DNA of 64,000 bases from an uncultured Gemmatimonadales bacterium (lineage in GTDB: Bacteria > Gemmatimonadota > Gemmatimonadetes > Longimicrobiales > RSA9). The notes beneath the pieces are model-generated. The model was not told the DNA's origin. It saw nothing but the letters and a program-made list of their open reading frames with translations, and did no database searches. The stretch is taken from positions 1 through 64,000 of the forward strand of contig CAWAMW010000013.1 of NCBI GenBank assembly GCA_963783305.1. The letters are read 5' to 3'. Numbering within the stretch: the stretch's first letter is position 1; every line of letters begins with the position of its first letter. Below are positions 9,450 to 18,971 of the stretch, in pieces. The position numbers and the translations under genes were made by a program.

Positions 9450-10502
9450 CTAGGGGATCTTCCGGGCGAGCGCCGGCCCCAGGCGGTTCGTCACCGCCAG
9501 CGGCAGCTTCTGCCAGGCCTGTGTGGCCAGGCGGAACTTGGGCGAGTCGGGGTTGGGGGTGGCGTCCACGCCATCGGCGGACCACTGGCCCCAGGGGAGG
9601 GGGACGTCACGGCCGCCCCACTGGGTCTTGAAGCGGTGGGTGCCGCCGCCGGGGGTGCAGCGTCCGAAGTTGAACGTCTTCAGGCCGCGCTTGCTCATCT
9701 CCTCCATGAGGCTCCAGTAGAGGAGCATGTTGGGGGCGAGGCGGTTGTACTCGCGGAGGGAGGAGGCCCAGGTGATCTCGAACTCGTCGTTGTGGACGAA
9801 GCCGGCGCCGGCGGCCACGGGCGTGCCCTGGTGGTAGACGGCGGCGAAGACGATGTCGTCCTCGAAGAGGTGGAGCGAGCGGAGGAAGAAGGCCATGGGG
9901 AGGACGGGCGTGCCGAGGTCCCGCATGTTCCGGCAGTAGATGTCGTAGAACGGCCGGATCTCGTCGAGGCCGATGCGGGCTTCCATGTCCTCCTTCATGG
10001 GCCGGCGGACCTGGCTGCGGACCTTGGACTTGAAGTCCTTCCAGAGGACTTCCGGGTCGTCGGGCAGGTCGAGGAGGACGGCGACCTTGCGGTCGGTGGT
10101 GGTGAGGTCGCCGGGGAGCTCCGAGCGGGAGCGCAGCTCCAGCAGGTCCACCTGATTGGCGTCGGCCAGGTCGATGGCGTGCTCCACCAGGAGCTCGACG
10201 GCGTCCGGGTCGCCCACGGGGCCGCCGTAGTTGAGGAACGGCATGCTGACGAGGTAGTCGCCGAAGAGGCGGCTCCGGACGCGGACCAGGGGGAGGACGC
10301 CCACGATCTCGCCGGCCTCGTTGCGTGCGGCGGCGTAGCGGCACTCGTGGCCCAGGAGCTCCTCCATGATGGGGCGCCAACCGTGGAGGTGGCAGAAGGT
10401 GGCGTCTGCGCGGGAGCGGACGTACGTGTCCCACTCCTCGGCGTCGGCCATTCCCAGGACGTCGAGGGTCAGCGGACGTTGCTTCTCAAGCACTCTCAGC
10501 AT
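9450..10502 (-). CDS. FemAB-related protein, PEP-CTERM/XrtA system-associated
   Basis: SRLFGDYLVSMPFLNYGG, KVRSQVRR, NMRDLGTPV, APNMLLYW, FNFGRCT, FKTQWG. Confidence 0.9.
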   Translation of the reverse strand: MLRVLEKQRPLTLDVLGMADAEEWDTYVRSRADATFCHLHGWRPIMEELLGHECRYAAARNEAGEIVGVLPLVRVRSRLFGDYLVSMPFLNYGGPVGDPDAVELLVEHAIDLADANQVDLLELRSRSELPGDLTTTDRKVAVLLDLPDDPEVLWKDFKSKVRSQVRRPMKEDMEARIGLDEIRPFYDIYCRNMRDLGTPVLPMAFFLRSLHLFEDDIVFAAVYHQGTPVAAGAGFVHNDEFEITWASSLREYNRLAPNMLLYWSLMEEMSKRGLKTFNFGRCTPGGGTHRFKTQWGGRDVPLPWGQWSADGVDATPNPDSPKFRLATQAWQKLPLAVTNRLGPALARKIP

Positions 10503-11376
10503 GCAGGGCTGTGGGGTCGTTGGAGCCGGGCGCGGCGCGACCGGTCTGGCGGATCCCCATTGTAGCGGCTATGGACTGGAACCGGAACTCCCGCAGCAGC
10601 TTCCTGATGCGCGGCTCGGTCCTGCGCAGTCCGCCATAGTGACGGATCCGTGTCTTCAGCGGGACGTCGAGGCGGGGCTGCTCGGGGTCCAGCTCCCACG
10701 GGTGGATGTAGAAGGTGCCGGGGTAGCCGGCGCGCTCCGCCTGCCGGAGCCCCTCGCGGACGAGGCCGAAGGGCAGCAGGCGGAGGTACGCTCCGCCGGC
10801 CGCCGGCAGCGTCATTCCCGCTACCCGCGCCGTGGAGGGCGGGAACTCCATGAGCCGGCCCGCGGGCAGGTCGAAGTGGTAGGGCCCGCGCTCGCCGCCG
10901 ACGTAGCCGTAGCCACCGCGGCGGACGGGGAAGAGGGAGGAGTCGTAGTAGTAGCCTTCCTCTCGCAGGATCTCCAGCGCCCATTCCATCCCGCGGGTGA
11001 TGCTGTAGCTGGGGGCCCGGTAGCCCATGACGGGCTGACCGGTGAGGTCCTCCAGCGTGCCCTTGCTGCGCCGCACGCTCTCCCGGAACTGCTCGGGTGT
11101 GAGCTCCGTGACTCGCCGGTGCGCCTGCCCGTGGGAGGCGACCTCGTGGCCGGCCGCCACGATGCGTCGCACCAGCTCCGGGAACCGCTCCGCGATCCAG
11201 CCCAGGACGAAGAAGGTTCCGTTCGCGTGGTGCTCCGCCAGCAGCTCCAGCAGCCGGTCCACCGGCGCTTCCACCCTCGACGGGATGTCGTCCCAGCTGT
11301 CGCGGGGGATGTACGGCGCGAGCGCCACCACCTGGAAATAGTCCTCGACGTCCACCGTGAAGTGGTGTCGGATCAC
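10486..11376 (-). CDS. XrtA-system polysaccharide deacetylase (DUF3473-containing)
   Basis: FTVDVEDYFQV, TFFVLGWIAE, GHEVASHG, GYRAPSYSI, AGGAYLRLLP, FYIHPWELDPEQPR; GTG start overlaps upstream stop. Confidence 0.9.
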   Translation of the reverse strand: MIRHHFTVDVEDYFQVVALAPYIPRDSWDDIPSRVEAPVDRLLELLAEHHANGTFFVLGWIAERFPELVRRIVAAGHEVASHGQAHRRVTELTPEQFRESVRRSKGTLEDLTGQPVMGYRAPSYSITRGMEWALEILREEGYYYDSSLFPVRRGGYGYVGGERGPYHFDLPAGRLMEFPPSTARVAGMTLPAAGGAYLRLLPFGLVREGLRQAERAGYPGTFYIHPWELDPEQPRLDVPLKTRIRHYGGLRRTEPRIRKLLREFRFQSIAATMGIRQTGRAAPGSNDPTALHAESA

Positions 11377-11558
11377 CCGCCCCTCCCCGTGCGCCCGCCC
11401 CGGAGGCGGAGCACCTCCGTCACCGTGCGCGTGCCGCTCTCGCCACCGGCGGACAGCAGGTGCTGGAGCCGCGTTCGCAGGTCGTTGCGCGTCTGGAGTC
11501 GATCGCGCAGCCGGTGCTGCACGAGGGTCGGTGTCGAGGCGGGTTGGGCTGTTCGCAT
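11373..11558 (-). CDS. Small basic hypothetical protein (61 aa)
   Basis: Strong RBS AAAGGGGAGA before ATG; stop overlaps deacetylase start (GTGA). Confidence 0.5.
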   Translation of the reverse strand: MRTAQPASTPTLVQHRLRDRLQTRNDLRTRLQHLLSAGGESGTRTVTEVLRLRGGRTGRGG

Positions 11559-11646
11559 GGTGTCTCCCCTTTGGTTCGGCCGGCCGTCTGCCCCATCCCG
11601 CGTCCGGGGGATTGACGTCCCGGCCCGGTTGGGGTCTCTTCCGCGC

Positions 11647-12276
11647 ATGACCACTCAGAACGGGGGAGATCGCCGATCCTGGCCAGTGCACGTGCTTCGA
11701 AGGACAGCCCGATGGCTGCTGGACGCACTGGATCGCACGCTCCATACCGCCCGCGGCGCACGCGCTCGCCGGCGGCTTCGCGCCCTGCGGAATCCCTCCT
11801 CGATCCTGGTCATCTGCCAGGGTAACATCTGCCGGAGCCCGTACGCGGAAGCGGCGCTCCGACGCCCCGATCTGTTGCATGACCGCAACATTGTGGTGCG
11901 CTCGGCCGGCTTCGTCGGGCCCGGGCGGCCGGCGCCCCCGGAAGCGCTGGCGGTGGCCGCGCGACGGGGTCTCGACATGGGGTCGCACGAGTCGCGGCTG
12001 ATGGAGCTGCGGGAGCTGCGGACGGCGGACGTGCTGGTGGTGATGGACCCGCACCAGCAGCGGTCTGTGGCCGCCATGGCCAACCGTCCGCGCCGTGACG
12101 TCCTGCTGCTGGGGGACCTGGACCCGCTGCCGATCCGGAAGCGCACCGTGCGGGACCCATGGGGGCAGGAGGAGCCGGTGTTCGAGGAGGTGTACGACCG
12201 GATCGACCGCTGCGTCGAAGAGCTGGCGCGGGAGTTGAATGCCTCCGCTGTTGTTCCCGGAGCCGGCGGCGAATAA
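11647..12276 (+). CDS. Low-molecular-weight protein-tyrosine phosphatase (Wzb/EpsP-like)
   Basis: ILVICQGNICRSPYAE P-loop, VRSAG, VVMD, VRDPWG. Confidence 0.88.
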   Translation: MTTQNGGDRRSWPVHVLRRTARWLLDALDRTLHTARGARARRRLRALRNPSSILVICQGNICRSPYAEAALRRPDLLHDRNIVVRSAGFVGPGRPAPPEALAVAARRGLDMGSHESRLMELRELRTADVLVVMDPHQQRSVAAMANRPRRDVLLLGDLDPLPIRKRTVRDPWGQEEPVFEEVYDRIDRCVEELARELNASAVVPGAGGE

Positions 12277-12323
12277 CTTTCCCTGTTCGCTGCCGATCCA
12301 ACCGCCACATCCGCAGGTCCTCG

Positions 12324-15248
12324 ATGAACCGAATCCCAGTCCTGGTGACGACGCTGTCCGTGCTGGCCGCCACCGCGGTATGGAGCTCGCCCGCCACGGC
12401 CCAGAGCCTTACCCGTGGCGAGCTGGCGGGTGTGGTGGAGTCCGCGATGGGCGAGCCGCTGGCGGACGTGCAGGTGACGCTGCTCCGGCAGGATGGCGGT
12501 GTGCCGGTGGTGGTGGAGACCGACCGGTCGGGAGCATTCCTCTTCTCGCTGCTGTCGCCGGGCAACTACGAGGTGCTGGCGGAGCGGCTGGGGTACGGAC
12601 CGGTGGTGGTCTCGCCGGTTCCCGTTCGGCCGGACCGTCGCCTGCACGTGCGCGTGGTCCTCGGACGCGTGGAGGGCGCCGTGGCGGAGCCCGAGCGGGT
12701 GCCGTTCGAGGGGGGAGCGCTGTCGGCGGGCGCGCGGGCGGGGCGCACCCACTACTTCGGCGAGCGCGAGATCCGCGGGCTGCCGGCGCGGGACGGGGTC
12801 CTGGGCGAGCTGCTCCGCTTCTCCTCCCTGGGCGACCCGTCGCTGGAAGTGGAGGGGCTGCCGGGATCGCTCATGGGCCTGGTGGTGGGCGGCGTGCCGT
12901 ACTCGCCGGCCCGATACGGCGGCGATCTCGAGGCGAGCGCCATGGCGACAGCGCTTCTGCCGCTGCGCGTGGTGGGTGGCGCGGAGCTGCTGGCGGGGCG
13001 CGCGGCCATGGAGGGGCCATCCGCGGCGGGCGGGCTCCTGTCGATGACGCTCCGGACCCCGCCCGCGGGCTTCGGCGGCGAGGTGGAGGGGCTGTGGTCG
13101 GGGGGCGAGCCGTCGATCACGCGAGGCGGCGCTCTCCTGGGCGGCTCCATGGTGGGCGACAGCGCCCACGGCTGGCTCTTCGCCGAGATGCAGCGCCGGT
13201 CGGTCCCGGTGCGGTTCTGGCCGGCGGGCTCCGATGAGCTGACGGCGGGCCTGGCCGCGGCCGGAGTCGACGTCGCGTCGCTGGACCAGGAGGCGCTGAG
13301 CGACACGGAGCGGCTGAACGCCGGCGGGAGCTTCAGCTGGCAGCTGTCCGGGGCGCGGGCGGTGGAGGTGTTCGGCCTCTACGGCCGGTCCGACGCCGCG
13401 CACGCCTCGAGCTCGCTCCCGGGCGCGGTCGTGCCCGCGCCGCTGGAGGGGGAGGACCTGCTGGCGGGTCTGTCGGCGACCGCGCGGCTGACCGACCGGG
13501 TGGACGGTCAGCTCCGGGCGGGGCTGACCCGCAGCAGCCGGAGCTATGACGCGGCCACCACGGTGGACAGCGGCCTCGGGGAAGGGGCGGTGCTGTTCGC
13601 GCCGACGGGGGCGCAGCTGGGCGACCCGGCGTACCCGGCGTCGGTCGACCGCTCCGAGCTTTCGGCCGAGGGATCGCTCTTCTACGGCAGCGGCTCTCAC
13701 CAGCTCAAGGTGGGGCTCGGAGGCCGGTTCACCAGTCACGAACAGACGGCGGGCGGCCGCGGCCTCTACCTCTTCGATGATGCCGCTGGCTTCGCGAGCC
13801 GGACGGGCGTGTACCGCGGGCTGGACCGTGCGGCCACGGCGAGCTTTTCGGTGGCCGAGCTCTTCGTCTATGGTCAGGACAGCTGGCGCGTGGCGCCGGG
13901 GCTCCGGCTCACGTCGGGGCTGAGCTATGAGGTGGAGACGCTGCCGGCCGGAGACCTGGTCGCCAACCGTCGCTGGCAGGAGCTGACGGGGATCGACAAC
14001 ACCGACCTGCCCGACTACACCGGCGATGTCGGGCTGGTGCTGGGCTTCGACTGGGACGTGCAGGAGCAGCAGATCTGGCGGGTCAGCGGCGGGCTGTCCG
14101 TGCAGCGCGGGGATGTGGCGCCCGAGCTGCTGGCGGAGGCGCTGAGCTACGACGGCCGCGTGGCGGCCAGCATGGCCATAGGCGACCTGGCGACGTCGCC
14201 GACGCCGCTGGGGCCGCGCCTCACCATCGTGTCCCCGGACTTCGCCGCGCCCGTGACGACCCGGGCGAACGTGGGGCTGAGCCGGGCGATCGGAGCCACC
14301 GCGGCGCTCCACCTCGGCGCCGTCATCCGGGAGACCGACCACCTGCCGCGACGCACCGACCTCAATCGGCCGGCCAACGCGGCGTTCAGCGACCAGTACG
14401 GTCGGCCGGTCCTCGGCAGGCTCACCCGCGAGGGGGGGCTGCTCTTCCCGGAGCCCGGCGCCAACCGCGCCTTCGGCGAGTTCGACATCGTCTCCGCCCT
14501 CGCGAGCAACGCCTCCTCCAGCTACTGGGGTGTGACGGCGGGCCTCGAGAAGCGGTTCGGCGCGCTCCAGGCGTCGGCCTTCTACACGTACTCCGCCACC
14601 GAGGACGACTGGGTCGGAGCCGCCGGTGGCGCGCCGCTGGACGGGCTCATCCCGTTCGGCGGGGACGGCGAGCTCGACGACTGGGCCACCGGGACCTCCG
14701 ACTTCGACATCCCCCAGCGGTTGGTGGCGAACGCCGCGCTGACGCTGCCGTTCGCCCCGGCCGTCCAGGTGGGCGGCTCCTGGCGGTGGTCCTCGGGACG
14801 CCCGTTCACTCCAGGCTTCGGCCGGGGCATCGACGCGAACGCCGATGGCGTGGCCGGCAACGACCCGGCGTTCATCGATGGCGACATCGAGGGGATGGCC
14901 GACGTCATGGCGGAGCACGCGTGCCTGCGCGAGCAGGAAGGTCGCTTCGCGCCGCGCAACAGCTGCCGCACCGACGACCGCAGCCTCCTCGACGCCTGGC
15001 TCGGCGTTCGCCTGGAGGTCGGCGGTGTGCGCCCCGAGCTGCGCGTGGAGGCGCTGGCGTTGAGCGCAGCGGCCGCCGGGCTCGTCGACACCGCCCTCTA
15101 CCATCTCGATCCCGACGCCGCGATCGTTACGGACCCGGTCACCGGGGACGTCACGGTCCCGCTGATGGTCAATCCCCGGTTCGGAGAGGCGCTACAGCCG
15201 TCGTCCGAGCTCTCCCGCATCCGGATCAGCCTGAGGATGGTTTTCTAA
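12324..15248 (+). CDS. TonB-dependent receptor, Oar-like, with N-terminal carboxypeptidase-regulatory-like domain
   Basis: Signal peptide ATAQ; GVVESAMGEPLADVQVTL..PGNYEV; YGQDSWRVAPGLRLTSGLSYE; C-terminal RISLRMVF. Confidence 0.8.
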   Translation: MNRIPVLVTTLSVLAATAVWSSPATAQSLTRGELAGVVESAMGEPLADVQVTLLRQDGGVPVVVETDRSGAFLFSLLSPGNYEVLAERLGYGPVVVSPVPVRPDRRLHVRVVLGRVEGAVAEPERVPFEGGALSAGARAGRTHYFGEREIRGLPARDGVLGELLRFSSLGDPSLEVEGLPGSLMGLVVGGVPYSPARYGGDLEASAMATALLPLRVVGGAELLAGRAAMEGPSAAGGLLSMTLRTPPAGFGGEVEGLWSGGEPSITRGGALLGGSMVGDSAHGWLFAEMQRRSVPVRFWPAGSDELTAGLAAAGVDVASLDQEALSDTERLNAGGSFSWQLSGARAVEVFGLYGRSDAAHASSSLPGAVVPAPLEGEDLLAGLSATARLTDRVDGQLRAGLTRSSRSYDAATTVDSGLGEGAVLFAPTGAQLGDPAYPASVDRSELSAEGSLFYGSGSHQLKVGLGGRFTSHEQTAGGRGLYLFDDAAGFASRTGVYRGLDRAATASFSVAELFVYGQDSWRVAPGLRLTSGLSYEVETLPAGDLVANRRWQELTGIDNTDLPDYTGDVGLVLGFDWDVQEQQIWRVSGGLSVQRGDVAPELLAEALSYDGRVAASMAIGDLATSPTPLGPRLTIVSPDFAAPVTTRANVGLSRAIGATAALHLGAVIRETDHLPRRTDLNRPANAAFSDQYGRPVLGRLTREGGLLFPEPGANRAFGEFDIVSALASNASSSYWGVTAGLEKRFGALQASAFYTYSATEDDWVGAAGGAPLDGLIPFGGDGELDDWATGTSDFDIPQRLVANAALTLPFAPAVQVGGSWRWSSGRPFTPGFGRGIDANADGVAGNDPAFIDGDIEGMADVMAEHACLREQEGRFAPRNSCRTDDRSLLDAWLGVRLEVGGVRPELRVEALALSAAAAGLVDTALYHLDPDAAIVTDPVTGDVTVPLMVNPRFGEALQPSSELSRIRISLRMVF

Positions 15249-15249
15249 G

Positions 15250-16818
15250 ATGAGCAGGATCGCAGCGCTGTCTCTGGCCCTGGTCACCCTGGTCACCCTG
15301 GCGGTGGCGTGCAGCGGCGACGATGACGGACTGAGCGTCGACGCCACCGGCTCCGTACTGGGGCTGGTGTGGCTGGATCGCAACGGCAACGCCACCCTCG
15401 AGGGCAGCGATGGTCCCGTCGGCGATGTCCGGGTCCAGCTGGTGCCCGCCGCCGGCGGCGGGCCCGCCTATTCGGCCGTCACCACGGCCGGCGGCGAGTT
15501 CCGGATCACCGATGTCCTCGTGGGGGACTACCAGGTCGTGCTGGATCGCACCACCGTGGGCGACACGCTGCGGCTCCTGGCCCTCGACTCATCGAGCGTG
15601 ACCGTGGAGGCCGACGACAGCTCCGTGGTCACCGTGGGGCTCACCTACCCGGCCGTTCCAGTCGACAGCGCGCGGCGCGCGCCCATAGACACTCGCCTGT
15701 TCGTGGAAGGCCTGGTGCTCAGCCGATGGGGCACGTACGGCGAGGCGTCGCTGCACGTCCGGGACTCGACCGGCGCCATCCAGGGGGTGCGCGTTGCCCA
15801 GACCAACGTCATCCCCGGTGACAGCGTGCGGCTCCTCGGCGTGGTCAGCGCCCAGACGGGTCAGCCCGTGATCAAGGACGGGTTCATCTTCCTGCTCCGG
15901 ACGGGCGTGCAGTCGCCGGAGCCCCGCGAGATCACCACCGCCATGGCCGCTTCGGCCGATGACGGCGCGCTGGATGCCGACCTGGTCCGCCTGGACAGCG
16001 CCGTCGTGACCGACACCAGCCGCACCGCCGCGGGGGAGTTCATTTTCACGGTCGACGACGGCAGCGGCCCCGTGGCTGTGGTCCTGGACGGTCAGATCCA
16101 GTTCTCGCTGAGTTTCGACGAGATCGTCGGCACCATCCTCGACGTGACCGGTATCCTGGTCCCGTCGTCGGCGGGCGGGAGCTGGCAGGTCAGGCCGAGA
16201 TCGAACTCCGACCTGGTGGTCGGGCCGCTCTCGTGGCCTACGCTGCCCATCGACGAGGCCCGCGACGAGCCCGTCGACACCCGCCTCATCATCGAGGGCC
16301 TCGCCCTCAATGGCTGGGGCACCTTCGGCGACTCCACCGTCCACGTGCGTGACGCCACGGGCGCCATCCGCGCGATACGGGTGCCACCCGCCAACATCGC
16401 CGCCGGCGACAGCATCCGGGTGGTGGGGACCATCGCCAGCCTCCGGAACCAGCCGGTGCTGACGCGGGTCCTGCTGCGTCGGCAGGAGGCCGGCTTCCAG
16501 TCACCCGCACCGGATACCGTGGCCACCGCCACCGCCGCGGCGGCGGGCGCCGGCGCCCTCGACGCCGAGCTGATCCACGTCGAGAATGCGGTGGTGCAGG
16601 ATACCAGTCGGACGACGGCCGGCGAGTTCGTGTTCACGGTGGACGACGGCAGCGGACCCGTCGATGTGGTGCTGGACGCACAGATCCTGTTCTCGCCCCA
16701 GTTCGGGGGCGCGATCCTCGGAAGCACTCTCGACGTCACGGGTCTGCTGGTGCCGGCCGCCACCGGCACACGCTGGTTGGTCAAGCCTCGGCAGAACGAC
16801 GACCTGGTGGTCCAGTAG
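15250..16818 (+). CDS. Lipoprotein with SdrD-B-like domain and two tandem ~195-aa OB-fold-like repeats
   Basis: Lipobox AVAC; GSVLGLVWLDRNGN; repeats at 15643-16221 and 16231-16815 sharing HVRDxTGAI, GDS, TVDDGSGPV, LDVTG. Confidence 0.75.
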   Translation: MSRIAALSLALVTLVTLAVACSGDDDGLSVDATGSVLGLVWLDRNGNATLEGSDGPVGDVRVQLVPAAGGGPAYSAVTTAGGEFRITDVLVGDYQVVLDRTTVGDTLRLLALDSSSVTVEADDSSVVTVGLTYPAVPVDSARRAPIDTRLFVEGLVLSRWGTYGEASLHVRDSTGAIQGVRVAQTNVIPGDSVRLLGVVSAQTGQPVIKDGFIFLLRTGVQSPEPREITTAMAASADDGALDADLVRLDSAVVTDTSRTAAGEFIFTVDDGSGPVAVVLDGQIQFSLSFDEIVGTILDVTGILVPSSAGGSWQVRPRSNSDLVVGPLSWPTLPIDEARDEPVDTRLIIEGLALNGWGTFGDSTVHVRDATGAIRAIRVPPANIAAGDSIRVVGTIASLRNQPVLTRVLLRRQEAGFQSPAPDTVATATAAAAGAGALDAELIHVENAVVQDTSRTTAGEFVFTVDDGSGPVDVVLDAQILFSPQFGGAILGSTLDVTGLLVPAATGTRWLVKPRQNDDLVVQ

Positions 16819-17995
16819 GCAGCGCCCGCCGAACGGCCCGCCGAGCGAGCATCCCCAGCACCACGCCCACCGCCACCCCCGCCAGCTCGACGGGCGGCAC
16901 GGGCAGGAGCCCCACTTCGGCGGGCGCGGCGATCCAGGCGTACCCCGCGATCGCCGCCGCCAGCCCCAGCGCCAGGTGCCAGCGCGCCCAGTAGCCGACG
17001 GGCACCAGCAGCAGCAGCAGCCAGAGCGCCGACACCGCCGTGTGGACCTCCGGACGCGCGCCATTCAGCGCATACAGGAAGCGCCACCCCCTGTTGCCCG
17101 CGATGCCGTAGCCGCAGGTCATCTCCTTCCGCACCAGGAAGCAGCGCTTCCCTCGCGACTCCGCCGTCGCCAGCTGCAGCGTGTCGCCCGCCGCCACCGA
17201 GTCCAGCGCGTTCGTCGCGCGCCGGTCCGGGTTGTCCAGCCGCAGTCGGCTCGCACGCGTTCGCTCCCGGTACACCAGGTCCGTCCCGTCCACCCCCAGC
17301 AGCGCTACCAGCCCGCCGCCCGCATCGTACAGCGCCAGCAACGGAGCCAGCTGCTCCGGCGGCGCGCCCGCCGCCACGAACACCCCCATCAGCGACCCCT
17401 CTTCCAGCAGCCGCTTCACCGCCACACCCCGGGCGCTCGGACCCGGCGTGAGCGAAAGCGGCTGAACCGCGCCCATCAGCACCGTTCCCGGATAGGGGAC
17501 CACACCCGGCCGGCTCGTCTCCCATTCCACGAAATAGGGCGGCTCCGGCAGCTCCTGCTCCGACAGCCAGGCCGTCAGCGGGAGCGTGGCCGCTACCAGG
17601 ATCGCCGCCACCGTCGCCAGCCGGTCCCCCAGGTAGCTCGACGGGTGGACCCAGTACCGCGCGATTTGGCCCAGCCCAGCCCCCGCCGCCGCGCCCAGTG
17701 TGTTGAAGAGCACGTCACTCGGCGTCGAATACCGGCCGGGGATCACCAGCTGCAGCGCCTCGATTCCCGCCGACACCGCCAGCCCGGCCACGATCGCCAG
17801 GAGCCAGCCGCGGCGCGAAAGGGCGAGCCCCAGCGGGAGGAAGAGCAGCACGTTCAGGATCGCGTCCGCCAGTCCACGATCTCCGCACAGCAGGCACAGT
17901 CCGGGCTCCACCACCGCCCCAGGATCGGACGGCCAGAGCGTGAGGAAGGCCAGCAGAAGGAGGTATCCGGTAAGGGCCAGGCGCCGCGGTGTCAT
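16781..17995 (-). CDS. VanZ-family membrane protein, copy 1
   Basis: CLLCGDRG..DAILNVLLFLPLG..IEALQLVIPGRYSTPSDVLFNTLG; soluble middle domain; C-terminal TMs. Confidence 0.85.
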   Translation of the reverse strand: MTPRRLALTGYLLLLAFLTLWPSDPGAVVEPGLCLLCGDRGLADAILNVLLFLPLGLALSRRGWLLAIVAGLAVSAGIEALQLVIPGRYSTPSDVLFNTLGAAAGAGLGQIARYWVHPSSYLGDRLATVAAILVAATLPLTAWLSEQELPEPPYFVEWETSRPGVVPYPGTVLMGAVQPLSLTPGPSARGVAVKRLLEEGSLMGVFVAAGAPPEQLAPLLALYDAGGGLVALLGVDGTDLVYRERTRASRLRLDNPDRRATNALDSVAAGDTLQLATAESRGKRCFLVRKEMTCGYGIAGNRGWRFLYALNGARPEVHTAVSALWLLLLLVPVGYWARWHLALGLAAAIAGYAWIAAPAEVGLLPVPPVELAGVAVGVVLGMLARRAVRRALPTGPPGRRSAEA

Positions 17996-18094
17996 GGCGG
18001 GGAACGTAACGCCCGTCTTCACCGCCGCAAAGAACGGGTCCGCGATGGAGTGGAGGCGCCGCTTCCGGCCAGCGCGCGTTCCCCGCGTTCTGAC

Positions 18095-18133
18095 TGTGGC
18101 AGCCGTGCGACAACACGTGGTGCGGGTCGAACA
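18095..18133. promoter_or_regulatory. Tandem dyad enhancer-like site C
   Basis: TGT-GGCAGCCGTGCG-ACA-ACA-CGT-GGTGCGGGTCGA-ACA. Confidence 0.6.
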
Positions 18134-18217
18134 CCCAGGCAGGCCTCGGCGCCGCCAAAATGGTCATTGTACGCAGGTTTCCTCATCATTTTACGTCATC
18201 CAGCCGAAAATCGGGTT

Positions 18218-18233
18218 GGGTGTGGAACGTGCA
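18218..18233 (+). promoter_or_regulatory. Weak candidate sigma54 promoter of second PEP-CTERM gene
   Basis: GGGTGTGGAACGTGCA = GG-N10-GC, 85 bp downstream of site C. Confidence 0.35.
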
Positions 18234-18292
18234 CCTGATAGTGCCCAGCACGGCTCAACCGCCGGTCTGGACCCATTCGAGGAGAGAAGGCC

Positions 18293-18892
18293 ATGAAGAA
18301 GCAGTCACTGATCTTGGGAGGTGCCCTGCTCGGCATCCTCCTGCTGTACCCGCAGGAAGGAGTGGCGCAGTTGACCCTGGACGGGCCTGACTGCAACGCT
18401 TTCAATGCCTTCGTGGCTTCGACGGGCCCCGTGTCGTACTTGGCGTGCGGCGGTGCCTTCGGCGGCAACGACAGCAATCAGGACGTAGAGGGGTGGATTC
18501 TGACCACCTGGGGACTCAACGTGGCGCAGCTCGGCAAGACCGATGGCAGCGGTGCAGCGCTCGGCCCGTTCGTAGCGTACGGTGCGGGGGCGAGCTCGGG
18601 GAACCTCCTTTTCAATTCGCCGGTCTCCGGGGTGTTCGTCCTGTCGCTGAAGGCCTCGAACCGGTTCAGCCTCTACCAGTTCGACACCGGCACTGACAGC
18701 TGGACATCGCTGAGCTTCAACACCATCGGTACCAGCACGAACCCGGGCGGGACGGCGCAGGGGCTGTCCCACGCCACGTTCTACGCGGGCTCGACGGTCG
18801 TGGTGCCCGAGCCGGCCAGTGCGTTCCTGCTCCTGTTCGGGATCATGGGAGTCGGCTTCGTCGCTCGTCGTCGGCGCGACCATCAGGCGTAG
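18293..18892 (+). CDS. PEP-CTERM sorting-domain protein
   Basis: Signal peptide; LSHATFY; C-terminal VPEPASAFLLLFGIMGVGFVARRRR. Confidence 0.92.
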   Translation: MKKQSLILGGALLGILLLYPQEGVAQLTLDGPDCNAFNAFVASTGPVSYLACGGAFGGNDSNQDVEGWILTTWGLNVAQLGKTDGSGAALGPFVAYGAGASSGNLLFNSPVSGVFVLSLKASNRFSLYQFDTGTDSWTSLSFNTIGTSTNPGGTAQGLSHATFYAGSTVVVPEPASAFLLLFGIMGVGFVARRRRDHQA

Positions 18893-18913
18893 AGGATAGG
18901 GCCGAATCTTCTC

Positions 18914-18953
18914 GACGCCCCCCGTGCCCATTTGAGGGCACGGGGGGCGTTTT
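18914..18953 (+). terminator. Intrinsic terminator
   Basis: ACGCCCCCCGTGCCC-ATTTGA-GGGCACGGGGGGCGT followed by TTT, between convergent genes. Confidence 0.85.
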
Positions 18954-18971
18954 CGTGCGGTCGCTCGCCGG

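Noticed and set aside
11655..15104. 1149-aa minus-strand ORF
   Set aside because: Antisense shadow of the LMW-PTP and TonB receptor; Arg/Pro/Ala-rich with no motifs, typical of high-GC DNA
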